From contig CAVULX010000002.1 in assembly GCA_963742415.1 (NCBI GenBank), positions 192,001 through 256,000 on the forward strand: a DNA stretch of 64,000 bases. Reading direction: 5' to 3'. Of this stretch, positions 39,730 to 49,731 are shown in pieces. Below the pieces are notes generated by a model, which was not told the origin of the DNA, ran no database searches, and was given only the letters and a program-made list of their open reading frames with translations. This stretch comes from an uncultured Parachlamydiaceae bacterium. Its GTDB lineage: Bacteria; Chlamydiota; Chlamydiia; Chlamydiales; Parachlamydiaceae. The position numbers were made by a program, and so were the translations under genes. Numbering within the stretch: position 1 is the stretch's first letter; every line of letters begins with the position of its first letter.

Positions 39730-40620
39730 CTAGATATTTACCTTTTCAAGGGTAAGCCACCGCATAACAATCCAATCCCGAAACCAATCTTGCAAACGAT
39801 TGGCTGCTTCTTCAGAAAACGGATCTTGTTGCGTTTCCACCCATTGACAAAGATTATCGATAGTGCCCCCCCTTTGGAAAAACCCAAGCAAACGGTATTC
39901 TGTTTCTGTAACATCTTCCCAAGTGATTTCGTTGTTCTTGTTGCGATAAAGGATGGTATAATATTTTTTATCCTTTTTTAAGGGGGGAAAATCATTTTCA
40001 AACCAATATTCCACATCTTGTTTTAAAAATTCCAATCGAAACCGGCACAAGTCATAGCGCATTTCAAACAATTTGACATGCTTTTGCAAATAGAGAAAAT
40101 GTTCAAATAAGCTTGAAGGATCCCCCTCTTTAGGGAGGTTGGAGGAAAGAATAGGAGGATATTGGGGAGCTATGAAACTCTCATTGTAGGCGCAATCCAG
40201 CCTGGCTGCATTTAAAACTAATTCTTTATCATCAGCATTATAATCTTCCTCGACCCATTGAGGTAGGCGATCTCCTAAAACTGCAAGGGACCAGCTATGA
40301 GGGGGAAATTTGACGAGATAGGGAATGGCAATCGATCTATTGAAATCATGATATCCAAACAACCGCGTCACTAGAGGAAAAGAATCTTGCAAAGCACTTA
40401 ACAACCGCCACCAATATTGCTGATTGTATATTTGTATCCTTTGCGCTGGGTGCAAGGTGGGGCTAGGAAGAATAAATTGACCTGCTTCGTTTTCTATCAA
40501 TTCCCCTGAAGGGGCTACAGGGACGACTTTATCTTCTTCGGTTAAGGGGCGGCCTATGATGCTGCCAAACCATTGCTGAATGGATTTAAGTTTGCGGGGA
40601 ACTTTTGTATCGAAAGTCAT
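39730..40620 (-). CDS. DUF2063-family MNIO partner protein (HvfC/BufC-like)
   Basis: RIQIYNQQYWWRLLSALQDSFP, YLVKFPPHSWSL..LGDRLP, ARLD; overlaps the DUF692 stop (ATGA). Confidence 0.85.
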   Translation of the reverse strand: MTFDTKVPRKLKSIQQWFGSIIGRPLTEEDKVVPVAPSGELIENEAGQFILPSPTLHPAQRIQIYNQQYWWRLLSALQDSFPLVTRLFGYHDFNRSIAIPYLVKFPPHSWSLAVLGDRLPQWVEEDYNADDKELVLNAARLDCAYNESFIAPQYPPILSSNLPKEGDPSSLFEHFLYLQKHVKLFEMRYDLCRFRLEFLKQDVEYWFENDFPPLKKDKKYYTILYRNKNNEITWEDVTETEYRLLGFFQRGGTIDNLCQWVETQQDPFSEEAANRLQDWFRDWIVMRWLTLEKVNI

Positions 40621-41501
40621 CGGACTGCCTCAACGGGAACCTTTTCTTTCCTCTGTTTTTCAGATTTTTTTATAATATCCTTTTGGAATTGTTTGGCTTT
40701 CAGCGCCTCTTCCCAGGTCTTTTGGAAACTAATAAAATTATCATCCCACTCCAAAAGGGTGGAAACTCCACTCGTATGGGGGTACACTTCGGCATAGATG
40801 GACCATACTTCATCTCTAACATAATTATCATGGGTATCAAGAACATAATCTCCGTGATCGCTATGCCCTGCTAAATGTATCTGCAAAACCCGTTCCAAGG
40901 GGATATTCTGATAATAATCCTTGGGGGCAAACCCATGGTTCCGGCTTGAAACGTAAATATTGTTGACATCCAGCATCATGAAAATATCCGCCTTTTCCAC
41001 GATGGCGGAATAGAAATCCCATTCCGGCATTTCATCACTTTGGTAAGCGACATAGGAAGAGAGATTTTCTAAAGCGAAAGGGATTTCCAGATAATCTTGA
41101 ACAATTTTAGCACGCTCCACAACATAATTGATGACTTCTTTGGTATATGGGAGTGGAAGTAAATCATGATAATGGGCGCCAGGCAAACGACCCCAACAAA
41201 GGTGATCGGAAATCCAAGGTGTTTTGGTTTTTTTTGCTAACGCTTTCAATTTTTTTAAATAGTCAAAATCCAAGGGATCGGGGCTCCCAATGGCTAGGGA
41301 AACACCGTGTTGTACGACGGGATACCGATCCATGATTTTTTCAAGATTTTCGATCGGTTTTCCCCCGTCCACCATGAAATTTTCGCTGATGATCTCAAAC
41401 CAATCGATGGCAGGGCTATCCCGAAAAATGTCCTCGTAGTGGGGAATCCTCAGACCGATTCCGATGCCTAGGTTAGGGAGGTTTTTTGCCTTTTGCGCCA
41501 T
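40617..41501 (-). CDS. DUF692 multinuclear non-heme iron oxidase (MNIO; HvfB/BufB-like)
   Basis: GIGLRIPH, EIISENF, HGVSLAIG, SDHLCW, ALENLS, LDVNNIYV, IHLAGH, DTH, LEWD. Confidence 0.95.
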   Translation of the reverse strand: MAQKAKNLPNLGIGIGLRIPHYEDIFRDSPAIDWFEIISENFMVDGGKPIENLEKIMDRYPVVQHGVSLAIGSPDPLDFDYLKKLKALAKKTKTPWISDHLCWGRLPGAHYHDLLPLPYTKEVINYVVERAKIVQDYLEIPFALENLSSYVAYQSDEMPEWDFYSAIVEKADIFMMLDVNNIYVSSRNHGFAPKDYYQNIPLERVLQIHLAGHSDHGDYVLDTHDNYVRDEVWSIYAEVYPHTSGVSTLLEWDDNFISFQKTWEEALKAKQFQKDIIKKSEKQRKEKVPVEAVR

Positions 41502-41524
41502 AGTTCGTTTGATCCGTGAAGTTT

Positions 41525-42715
41525 TTATTTAAGCCCTTTTTTTATCCCATTGGAAAGTGAATCGGCAACTCTTAAAACATCCTCTTTTGTAAGATCATAA
41601 TATAGAGGAAGAGACAACGCTTGTGAATAGTAAGCCTCTGTTTCAGGAAAATATTCTGCGATCGACCCGCATATTTTTTCGATGCAGGGGTGGCGATACA
41701 GAGGAATATAATGCACTTGGGTCCCGATACCTTGGCCCTTTAATTCTTTCATGAATTCCGACTTGGTCATAGTGAGTGCGTCAAAATCGATTTGGGCTAC
41801 GCAAAGATGGAAAGCTGTATGCGGATCGTATTCGGGTGTGAATAAGCGTAGATTGGGAACATCTTTGAGAGCTTCTCTATAGACGATCATCAGTTCCCGT
41901 CTTTTAGCCACAAAAGATTCTAGACGTTTTAGCTGGCTTCTTCCTAAGGCAGCTTGAAAATCAGTGAAGTTATAGTTGTTTGAAAGCCCAACCACTTCAT
42001 AATACCATGGGCCCGGCAGGGGTTTAGTCAAATATATAGGATCCCTTTCCATACAATTATTTCGATACAGGCGTAGGCGGCGTAAAAAAGTGTCATCATT
42101 GGTTGTGACCATCCCCCCTTCCCCTGTGGTCATGGTCTTTGCGGGATGAAAACTGAAAACTGTCATATGGCTCCAGGCGCAAGACCCTATATGAGGTCCA
42201 TCTACAGAATACCGGGAACCTATCGCATGGGCTGCATCTTCGATGATCACCACGTCGGGAGTGGAGAGCATCTGGTTTAATTTTTGCATATCTACGGGAA
42301 TTCCTGAAAAATGGACAGGCACCAGGATCGCTTTTCCTCTAGAAAAACGTTGATTTACGGTCAGAGCCCATTGCGTGATATCCCCATTTCCTGTGTTGCG
42401 ATCGATATCGACAAAGACGGGTATGGCTCCTTGCTGAATGGCTGTTCCCACGGTCGAAATGAAAGAATTGGAAGTTGTCACAACACGGTCGTGTGGGCCT
42501 GTTTCTGCGGCATAAAAAGCGGCAGCCAAAGCGGCGCTGGCACTGCTAAACGCAACGCCATAACGGGCGCCACAGTATGCAGCCAATTCAGACTCAAAGG
42601 CTTCTACTTGAGGCCCTCGCGTAATCCATTCCCCTTGCAATGCAAGGGAAACTGCCTCTAAGTCAGCCTGGTCAATAGACTGATGTGCATAAGGAAGAAA
42701 TGGCTCTTGTGTCAT
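41525..42715 (-). CDS. pseC: DegT/DnrJ sugar aminotransferase, PseC-like
   Basis: LPYAHQSID, ITRGP, EDAAHAIG, SFHPAKTMTTGEGG, WYYE, QVHYIP. Confidence 0.8.
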   Translation of the reverse strand: MTQEPFLPYAHQSIDQADLEAVSLALQGEWITRGPQVEAFESELAAYCGARYGVAFSSASAALAAAFYAAETGPHDRVVTTSNSFISTVGTAIQQGAIPVFVDIDRNTGNGDITQWALTVNQRFSRGKAILVPVHFSGIPVDMQKLNQMLSTPDVVIIEDAAHAIGSRYSVDGPHIGSCAWSHMTVFSFHPAKTMTTGEGGMVTTNDDTFLRRLRLYRNNCMERDPIYLTKPLPGPWYYEVVGLSNNYNFTDFQAALGRSQLKRLESFVAKRRELMIVYREALKDVPNLRLFTPEYDPHTAFHLCVAQIDFDALTMTKSEFMKELKGQGIGTQVHYIPLYRHPCIEKICGSIAEYFPETEAYYSQALSLPLYYDLTKEDVLRVADSLSNGIKKGLK

Positions 42716-42899
42716 ACACGAGAAAGATAATCAATTCCCTGAGTAAATGCAAACAAAAATTTACATAAGCAACCATATAAATAACTAAAATAACTAAAAA
42801 AAATAACCCCAAGCCTATTCTTTTTTCCTTTTCGATTTTTTCGTTTTGCTATAAAACTGAGAGATAGTAATGAATTTGTTGAACATTTTATGCATTTAG

Positions 42900-44894
42900 T
42901 TGCCGTTGATGAAGCACGAAAAAATTGAATCTTATATCAAAGCCATCCCCATTTTAGCTGCTCAGGTCTATACAGGCATGCGCCCCCCTGCGGACCTTCT
43001 TCAGTTCATTGATACAACTAAAAATGCAATAGCTCGGCATGCTGCTTGCAATGATTTCTTTTCCGGCGAGGAAGCGTTTTACCAACAATTCTATGAGAAA
43101 GCACTGAAGCATTATCTTAAAGCTACATCTATTCCCCATTTCCACTTCTTCTGCTACCGTACTTCCGCCTATCTTTTTGACGATGCAGGCAATAAGGATA
43201 AAGCCCTTGGTTTTGCTCGGAAGGCTTTGAAAATCTATCCCGATGACTTCCCGACACTGCTTTTACTTGACAAACTTTTAAAAGGTAGCGAACAAATAGA
43301 AGAGGTCTTTGAGATACGACAAAAAATTAAGTTGCTGGAGAAAGAAGCATTTTCCAAGCTTTCCTCCGAAAAATTTGAAGAAAAAGAACCTGAAAAAATA
43401 GAATTTGCTGAAATTGCAACTCAAACTTCGACTGGTGCAAAAAATTCTGAATTTTTTCAAAATAATCCTTTCAACCCCATGGAGTTGCCCATGAATACAG
43501 AATCGGATATTTTCTCTTCACCCCGCAGTGAAGATCCTAGCCAAATTCAAGCTTTGACTAAACGGCTCTATTCCCCCTATAACAGGGCAGAGAGCCATGA
43601 CCCTTACCTTCCCAAAGAAGAGACCCCTCCTGATTTAACTGCTTATGAAGAGCTCAAACGTTTGGCAAGTTCATCGCAAAATTTAGAATCTACAAAAAAT
43701 TATATTGCCAATGAGATGGGGTTGGATTTGAAAGCTTTGCAGGCTCTAGAGCATCAGATTAAATCTTTTCAACTTTCTCAAACAGAAGCCATCCACAATT
43801 ACCTTGAATTGGCCAAATCCCGCCCGAAACAACATGATTTTTCATTCCATTATTTAAATGGGTGGCCGTATTCACCTGTTCCCCCTACACCGTATAATCA
43901 GCAAATTCTTTTGACCGAAACCTCTAGAAGAGCAACGGGGGGGCTTTTTATCCGATGGAACGGCAAAGGGATTGCCATCAATCCAGGACCCTCTTTTTTA
44001 CACCATTTCCATCAGCAAGGATTACATATCCGTGATATCAATTTTATCGTTGTGACAGGAGACCAAAGGGATTGTTATGCCGATGTGAAAGAGATCTATG
44101 ATCTGAATTATCAATTAAACAAGGCTTCCCCTGAACTTCAAATTATTCACTATTATTTCAATCAAAAAGCATTTCAAGACCTTTCCCATTATCTTAAACC
44201 CCATTTCAAGCAAGAACGAAACACCCTTCATTGTTTAGAACTATTTGTCGACTCGCCCGATGTAGAAAAGATCGACTTGGCTGAGGGGATCACCCTACAC
44301 TACTTTTCAACCTCATCACGGGATGCATATATTCATCAAGAGTCCAAGGAAGAGCGGTCAGGAAGGCTCTTTACAAACTTTGGCATTCGCCTGGACTTGA
44401 AAGCCTCATCACAAGCATCGTCGGAAAGAAATTCTGTCAAAATAGGATATCTGGCCCATACTGCATGGAACCCTTTATTGGCGCATCATCTAGGTCATTG
44501 CGATCTTCTCATTACAGCCTTCGGCAATACAAATCCGAATGATTATAATAAAATTTCCTACAATCAAGATAGTTTGGGGTATTATGGGATCTATACATTA
44601 ATGGAAGAAGTTTTGCCCCGCTTACTCCTTTGCGGCGAATTTGAAGGAAGGGAAGGTGACATTCGAGTCGAAGCTGCCCAAAAACTGCGCATCGAATACT
44701 CTAAGTCGTCCGCTTTAATTAAAAATGCTCCTGCAGTATTGCCAGCGGATATCGGATTGCTTATCGATCTGCTGACTTTTCATATTCAATGTTCCGTCAG
44801 CGACGAATGGGTAGACCCATCCCAAGTTAAAGTCGTCAAGACAGCCCGCGCTTTTGGGCAATTGGAGTACTTGTCCCCCTCTTGTTGTTATTAG
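42900..44894 (+). CDS. TPR-like N-terminus plus degenerate metallo-beta-lactamase-fold C-terminus
   Basis: ALGFARKALKIYPDD TPR-like helix; GGLFIRWNGKGIAINPG..DINFIVVTGDQRDC. Confidence 0.6.
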   Translation: MPLMKHEKIESYIKAIPILAAQVYTGMRPPADLLQFIDTTKNAIARHAACNDFFSGEEAFYQQFYEKALKHYLKATSIPHFHFFCYRTSAYLFDDAGNKDKALGFARKALKIYPDDFPTLLLLDKLLKGSEQIEEVFEIRQKIKLLEKEAFSKLSSEKFEEKEPEKIEFAEIATQTSTGAKNSEFFQNNPFNPMELPMNTESDIFSSPRSEDPSQIQALTKRLYSPYNRAESHDPYLPKEETPPDLTAYEELKRLASSSQNLESTKNYIANEMGLDLKALQALEHQIKSFQLSQTEAIHNYLELAKSRPKQHDFSFHYLNGWPYSPVPPTPYNQQILLTETSRRATGGLFIRWNGKGIAINPGPSFLHHFHQQGLHIRDINFIVVTGDQRDCYADVKEIYDLNYQLNKASPELQIIHYYFNQKAFQDLSHYLKPHFKQERNTLHCLELFVDSPDVEKIDLAEGITLHYFSTSSRDAYIHQESKEERSGRLFTNFGIRLDLKASSQASSERNSVKIGYLAHTAWNPLLAHHLGHCDLLITAFGNTNPNDYNKISYNQDSLGYYGIYTLMEEVLPRLLLCGEFEGREGDIRVEAAQKLRIEYSKSSALIKNAPAVLPADIGLLIDLLTFHIQCSVSDEWVDPSQVKVVKTARAFGQLEYLSPSCCY

Positions 44895-44902
44895 AAACAA
44901 AG

Positions 44903-45050
44903 ATTCAACGCAAAGGTGCAAAGGCGCAAAGAACGCAAAGAAAAATAAGAAATATAGTATTTCAGGAGATTAGCGACTTCTAATTTTCTTATTTTTCTTT
45001 GCGCTCTTTGCGCCTTTGCATTGAATTCTATTCTCTGGGTCTCTGTGGTT
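44903..45050. repeat. Palindromic element with periodic GCAAAG arms
   Basis: 44903-44952 (AACGCAAAGGTGCAAAGGCGCAAAGAACGCAAAG...) pairs with 44985-45026; followed by CTCTGGGTCTCTGTGGTT. Confidence 0.92.
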
Positions 45051-45236
45051 GAAAATTGCATTAAAAGCAAGAATATGAAAGACTTCCCAAAAAAAGTGAG
45101 TTGCAAACAATTTAGATCCACTTATTTAGCACAAATTTAATCGGCAAAATTTTCATTGTTAATAGCTTATAAAAATTGCCAGAAGTTGACTCCGCAAACT
45201 GCATTTTTTGCACCGCTGATTTTGAGTATCAGCAAG

Positions 45237-45347
45237 TTATCGACAAAAGAAAACAGAGATAGACAAATTTCTTGCAGCCTAAGTTGACACATGTTAGATT
45301 TTCCGGCGAAACAGCTCCAGACTAAGCTGTGGAAACGTTGTTCATAA
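45237..45347 (+). promoter_or_regulatory. Putative sigma66 promoter of dnaA with imperfect DnaA boxes
   Basis: TTGCAG(45272)-17 bp-TAGATT(45295); box-like TTATCGACA 45237, TGTGGAAAC 45328, TGTTCATAA 45339. Confidence 0.4.
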
Positions 45348-45366
45348 CTTTTAAAGGATCAAAACT

Positions 45367-46713
45367 ATGCTGGCTTGTGATACATGTGACGCCTGGACTC
45401 AATTTTTGGAATTCGTGAAAACTCGTTGCTCTGCTACAGCATTCGGCAATTGGCTTATGCCGATTAAAGTTTTGGAATTAACTTCGGAAAAAATTGACCT
45501 TGAAATTCCTAATATTTTCGTTAAAGAATATCTTTTGTCAAATTATAAAGCGGAATTATGTGCTTTTTTACCTGTCACTGCCGAAGGGGAGCCTTCAATT
45601 ACATTTGTTGTAGCAGCTCCAACAAAGAAAACAAGCCCACCTGTGACTCTTCCTCGAACAGAGAAAAGTTCAACGCAACAAGACTTTATTCAACACATTA
45701 AATTAAATCAGAACTATCGGTTTGATACTTTTATCGAAGGTCCTGCTAATCAATTTGTTAAATCTGCCGCCTTGGGTGTAGCCAATCGACCGGGGAAGTC
45801 TTATAACCCTCTCTTTATCCATGGGGGTGTGGGATTAGGCAAAACCCATATTTTACACAGCATTGGACATTACATGCTGGAAAACCATAAGAAGCTGCGT
45901 ATCCAATGCATTACCACAGAAGCGTTTATTAATGATTTGGTAGACCACTTGCGCAACAAATCTGTCGATAAGCTGAAAAGGTTTTATCGGTCAGATATCG
46001 ATGTTTTGCTTGTCGATGACATCCAATTTCTTCAAAACCGACTCAATTTTGAAGAAGAATTTTGTAATATGTTCGAAACTCTGATTAATCAGAAAAAGCA
46101 AATCGTCATCACAAGCGATAAACCCCCTTCTCAATTAAAATTATCAGAAAGAATCATGGCGCGGATGGAATGGGGGCTAGTTGCCCATCTAGGAGTCCCT
46201 GAGCTTGAAACTCGCGTTGCCATCTTACAGCATAAAGCTCAGCAAAAAGGGTTGCACATTCCTAATAAGATCGCTTTCTATATTGCTGAACATATTTATC
46301 ACAACGTGCGGCAGCTTGAAGGGGCTGTCAATCGACTTTGCGCCCAATGCCGCCTGCTGGATTTAAATATTACTGAAGAAGTCGTAGAAAAAAGCTTGAG
46401 AGAAATGTTGCAGCATGCCCCTCAACAAAAAATCTCGGTAGAACAAATTTTGAAAAGTGTGGCCACGATCTTCGAGGTAAGAGTCAGCGACCTGAAAGGG
46501 ACCGGTAGAACTAAAGAAATTGCTTTACCTAGACAAGTAGCCATGTATCTCGCTTTAAAGTTAATAAAACAATCCCTTCAATCTTTGGGTCTCTATTTTG
46601 GAAGGACCCATTCGACACTTTTGCATGCGTGCAAAAATATTGAAAAACGGTTAGAAAATGATGAATTGCTTCGGCGTCAAATCAACATGGTTGAACGCAA
46701 TATCCATGCCTAG
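45367..46713 (+). CDS. dnaA: Chromosomal replication initiator DnaA (one of the two chlamydial paralogues)
   Basis: [49 protein letters not shown]. Confidence 0.98.
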   Translation: MLACDTCDAWTQFLEFVKTRCSATAFGNWLMPIKVLELTSEKIDLEIPNIFVKEYLLSNYKAELCAFLPVTAEGEPSITFVVAAPTKKTSPPVTLPRTEKSSTQQDFIQHIKLNQNYRFDTFIEGPANQFVKSAALGVANRPGKSYNPLFIHGGVGLGKTHILHSIGHYMLENHKKLRIQCITTEAFINDLVDHLRNKSVDKLKRFYRSDIDVLLVDDIQFLQNRLNFEEEFCNMFETLINQKKQIVITSDKPPSQLKLSERIMARMEWGLVAHLGVPELETRVAILQHKAQQKGLHIPNKIAFYIAEHIYHNVRQLEGAVNRLCAQCRLLDLNITEEVVEKSLREMLQHAPQQKISVEQILKSVATIFEVRVSDLKGTGRTKEIALPRQVAMYLALKLIKQSLQSLGLYFGRTHSTLLHACKNIEKRLENDELLRRQINMVERNIHA

Positions 46714-46740
46714 AAAATATCTCAACATCATCTCAAGGCC

Positions 46741-47802
46741 ATGTCAAAAATTTTAAAAAAGCGTTCAAAAAAAGCAGGGTTGCCCCCGGGGACCCTCATC
46801 CATATCGGCAATTTCAGTGAACAGCAAATTTCTATTTCCATTTTGGATTACGATGCAAACCACGTCACAGAAAAAGCCGAAGCTACTCTTGAAGATTGTC
46901 TCATTTACTTAGATACCCCATCGACGACCTGGATAAACATCAGAGGAATTAATGACATTGCCATGATTGAAGCCATTGGCCGCCACTTTGGTTTGCATCC
47001 CCTTCTTTTAGAGGACATTGTCAATAGCGGACAGCGATCCAAGCTCGATAACTATAAAGATACCATTTACATTGTCGCGAGGTTATTAAAATATGACAAA
47101 CTAAAAGAAGAGGTTGAGGATGAGCAAGTCAGCCTTGTCCTTGGAAAAAATTATGTCATTTCTTTTGTCGAATCACGAAGTGAAATCTTTAAAGCTGTCG
47201 CTGACAGAATCAAAAAGAGAAATAACAAAATTACTACACGCGGTTCCGATTATTTATGTTATGCCCTTATTGATTGCATTGTGGATAATTATTTTTATAT
47301 CCTTGAGCAAGTTGATGATAAGCTTGAAATTTTAGAAGATGCGTTGATCCATAAGTCCGAACCGATCATCCTGAAGAATATCCAAAAAACTAAACGGGAG
47401 ATCGCTCTCCTGCGAAAAAGCGTCTGGCCTATGCGAGAGGTCATTAACCAATTTAAACGTTTGGATACCCCTCTTATTAAAGAGCCGACAAAACTCTATA
47501 TGCAAGATGTTTACGATCACACGATACAGGCCATTGATACCATTGAAAGCTTCCGTGACATTTCTTCGGGTCTTTTGGATATTTATCTCTCTAATATCAA
47601 CCTGCGCATGAATGAGATCATGAAAGTGCTTACCGTTGTCGCGACGATTTTCGTCCCGCTGACTTTTATCACCAGCTTTTATGGGATGAATTTCAATATG
47701 CCCGAATATAACTGGTGGCTCGGATATCCTTTGGCTATAGGCTTAATGATAATTGCTTTGTTGGGCATGCTCTATTTCTTCCGTCTCAAAAAATGGGTTT
47801 AA
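46741..47802 (+). CDS. corA: Magnesium/cobalt transporter CorA
   Basis: GLPPGTL, LHPLLLED, MKVLT, YGMNF. Confidence 0.97.
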   Translation: MSKILKKRSKKAGLPPGTLIHIGNFSEQQISISILDYDANHVTEKAEATLEDCLIYLDTPSTTWINIRGINDIAMIEAIGRHFGLHPLLLEDIVNSGQRSKLDNYKDTIYIVARLLKYDKLKEEVEDEQVSLVLGKNYVISFVESRSEIFKAVADRIKKRNNKITTRGSDYLCYALIDCIVDNYFYILEQVDDKLEILEDALIHKSEPIILKNIQKTKREIALLRKSVWPMREVINQFKRLDTPLIKEPTKLYMQDVYDHTIQAIDTIESFRDISSGLLDIYLSNINLRMNEIMKVLTVVATIFVPLTFITSFYGMNFNMPEYNWWLGYPLAIGLMIIALLGMLYFFRLKKWV

Positions 47803-48842
47803 TTAGAGCTGCTGATAAATTCTTGAGCCCGCCGCAGATTCTCTTGCCCCTCATCGACAGAAGTTTCCATTTGTCCATATTCCACTTGATCCACCGTTTC
47901 TAAAATTTTCTGAAGATCCCGCTGCATTTCGGGGGAAAACTCGGCACGTTTGGCAATGACCGACAAAAATTCCTCCGTCGTTTCGGTGGATATCTTGATC
48001 CCAAAATAGTCCTCTATATAGTTTTGAAGATGGTGCTTCAAACTCAAATAAAAATCGTGGATCCTCCCCTCCTGCAATAATTCCTTACTTTCTTTTAAGG
48101 CTTGGAGGACCTGCTCTCTTGTGATTCTTGGCTGTCTTTTTGCCAAAGGGGGCTGCTTCTTTTTGAATAAAAAAACAAAAGCGAAAGCCATCCCTAAAGC
48201 CAGGATCCCTAACCAAGGGATCGATTTTGCTGCGAAGAGGGCGGCATTCTTTTGATGTTCGTCCCTCTCCATTAAACTTAAATTATCATCTTCCAAATCA
48301 ATGGGAAATTCTGTTGAAAATGTCATTAAACGAGCAGGAACAGGTTTTTCGGTGATCTCCGCCGCAGGTGCAGCAACCGTGATATAAAAAATATCTGAAA
48401 TCAGTTCGATTGGTTTACCCTTAGGATCTTCAGGTTCAAAAGAGATATTTAAAAATGTTAAAGGAAATTCCCCAATCATTTGTGGAGAGAGTGTAAAAAT
48501 GAGATGAAGCGAGGTCAAGTCATTATTTCCTTTTTCTGATGGCACCGTTTGAGATTCCACAATGAAAGGAGCTTCTGAAAAAGAGGAATGAAAGAGTAAA
48601 TGGGTGCGCAAAGAAGAGGGATTGACACGGTAACCATGGGGATAAGTCAGATCAACGTAGACTAATATTTTATCAAGCAGAGAAACATCCGTTTCAGGGA
48701 TTCTGATGCTTGCAGAAAATCCTCCCGGAGCCTGATCATGCCACTGAATTTCCCCGGCGTTCCCATTCCACGGACAAAAACACACGATTGAAAACGATGA
48801 AAACACCAATAAAAAGCCTAATAACCTTGCTAATTTCCTCAT
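47799..48842 (-). CDS. BatD/DUF4381-like membrane protein of a MoxR operon
   Basis: Signal peptide, TM, ETTEEFL..DQVEY motif; downstream of DUF58. Confidence 0.65.
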   Translation of the reverse strand: MRKLARLLGFLLVFSSFSIVCFCPWNGNAGEIQWHDQAPGGFSASIRIPETDVSLLDKILVYVDLTYPHGYRVNPSSLRTHLLFHSSFSEAPFIVESQTVPSEKGNNDLTSLHLIFTLSPQMIGEFPLTFLNISFEPEDPKGKPIELISDIFYITVAAPAAEITEKPVPARLMTFSTEFPIDLEDDNLSLMERDEHQKNAALFAAKSIPWLGILALGMAFAFVFLFKKKQPPLAKRQPRITREQVLQALKESKELLQEGRIHDFYLSLKHHLQNYIEDYFGIKISTETTEEFLSVIAKRAEFSPEMQRDLQKILETVDQVEYGQMETSVDEGQENLRRAQEFISSSN

Positions 48843-49714
48843 TTCGGATGTTGACTCCTTTGTTTGAGGAAATTTTGTATCACCGACAAATAAGGGGCAT
48901 CCGTGCGTAAATCAATAAAGCCTGCCCCTATGTTCTGGAATAGTTTTTTACAAGCAGCGATCCTTTTTTCCGCAGCTTGAGTGGCAAATTGCTGCGACTC
49001 ACTGCTTGCTGAATCTAGCACAAGGTGTCGATTCGATTCGAAATCTTCCAATTCCACAAGCGATACATTGGGCAAGACAACCTCGAAAGGATCGGTGATG
49101 CTTATCCCTATCAAATCGTGTTTAATCGAAATCAATTCAGCTTGCCGGCTAAAATCTCCACACTGGAAATCTGATATTAGAAAACAGATGCATGGCTTAG
49201 CTTGAACTTTTCCAAGGAAATTCAACGCTTCTGAGACGTCTGTTCCAGTGTCTTGAGGATGGAAAATAACAAGTTCTCTGATGACCCTTATAATATGCCT
49301 TAGGCTCTTTCTTGGTGGTATATATTTCTCTATCCGGTCTGAAAAAAGGATCAACCCGACGTTATCATTGTTTTTTACTGCAGAAAAGGCAAGCAACGCC
49401 CCAATTTCGACGATTAAGTCTTTTTTGCCTTTATGCTTACTTCCAAAGCGTGTAGAAGCCGAAATATCCACCATCAGCATCACGGTTAATTCCCGCTCTT
49501 CCCTAAACACTTTCACATAAGGATGGTTCATACGCGCAGTCACTTTCCAATCGATACTGCGCAAATCATCCCCCGATTGGTATTCCCGGGCTTCTTCGAA
49601 TTCCATCCCCTTTCCTTTGAAAGCCGACCGATAAAATCCAGACAAAAGATTCTGTGCTAATTTCGCTGTGAGAATTTGAATTCTATGGATAAGATGGAAG
49701 ACTTCCGGCGACAT
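48839..49714 (-). CDS. DUF58 (VWA-like) protein
   Basis: GMEFEEAREYQSGDDLRSIDWKVTAR, VDISAS, ISDF. Confidence 0.93.
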   Translation of the reverse strand: MSPEVFHLIHRIQILTAKLAQNLLSGFYRSAFKGKGMEFEEAREYQSGDDLRSIDWKVTARMNHPYVKVFREERELTVMLMVDISASTRFGSKHKGKKDLIVEIGALLAFSAVKNNDNVGLILFSDRIEKYIPPRKSLRHIIRVIRELVIFHPQDTGTDVSEALNFLGKVQAKPCICFLISDFQCGDFSRQAELISIKHDLIGISITDPFEVVLPNVSLVELEDFESNRHLVLDSASSESQQFATQAAEKRIAACKKLFQNIGAGFIDLRTDAPYLSVIQNFLKQRSQHPK

Positions 49715-49731
49715 GGATCATCCTCTAAGCT

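Noticed and set aside
41525-42715. Aminotransferase as a RiPP tailoring enzyme (like methanobactin MbnN)
   Set aside because: Motifs are DegT/PseC nucleotide-sugar type, so adjacency alone is weak evidence
42716-42899. MNIO precursor peptide upstream of the operon
   Set aside because: AT-rich divergent promoter region; no convincing Cys-containing ORF with an RBS
44891-45121. 76-aa ORF (also 2478..2681, 13364..13639, 28852..29190, 28899..29141)
   Set aside because: Translations of palindromic repeat DNA or antisense overlaps
45050-45366. oriC next to dnaA
   Set aside because: Only imperfect DnaA boxes and no clear unwinding element; GC skew cannot be assessed from this window
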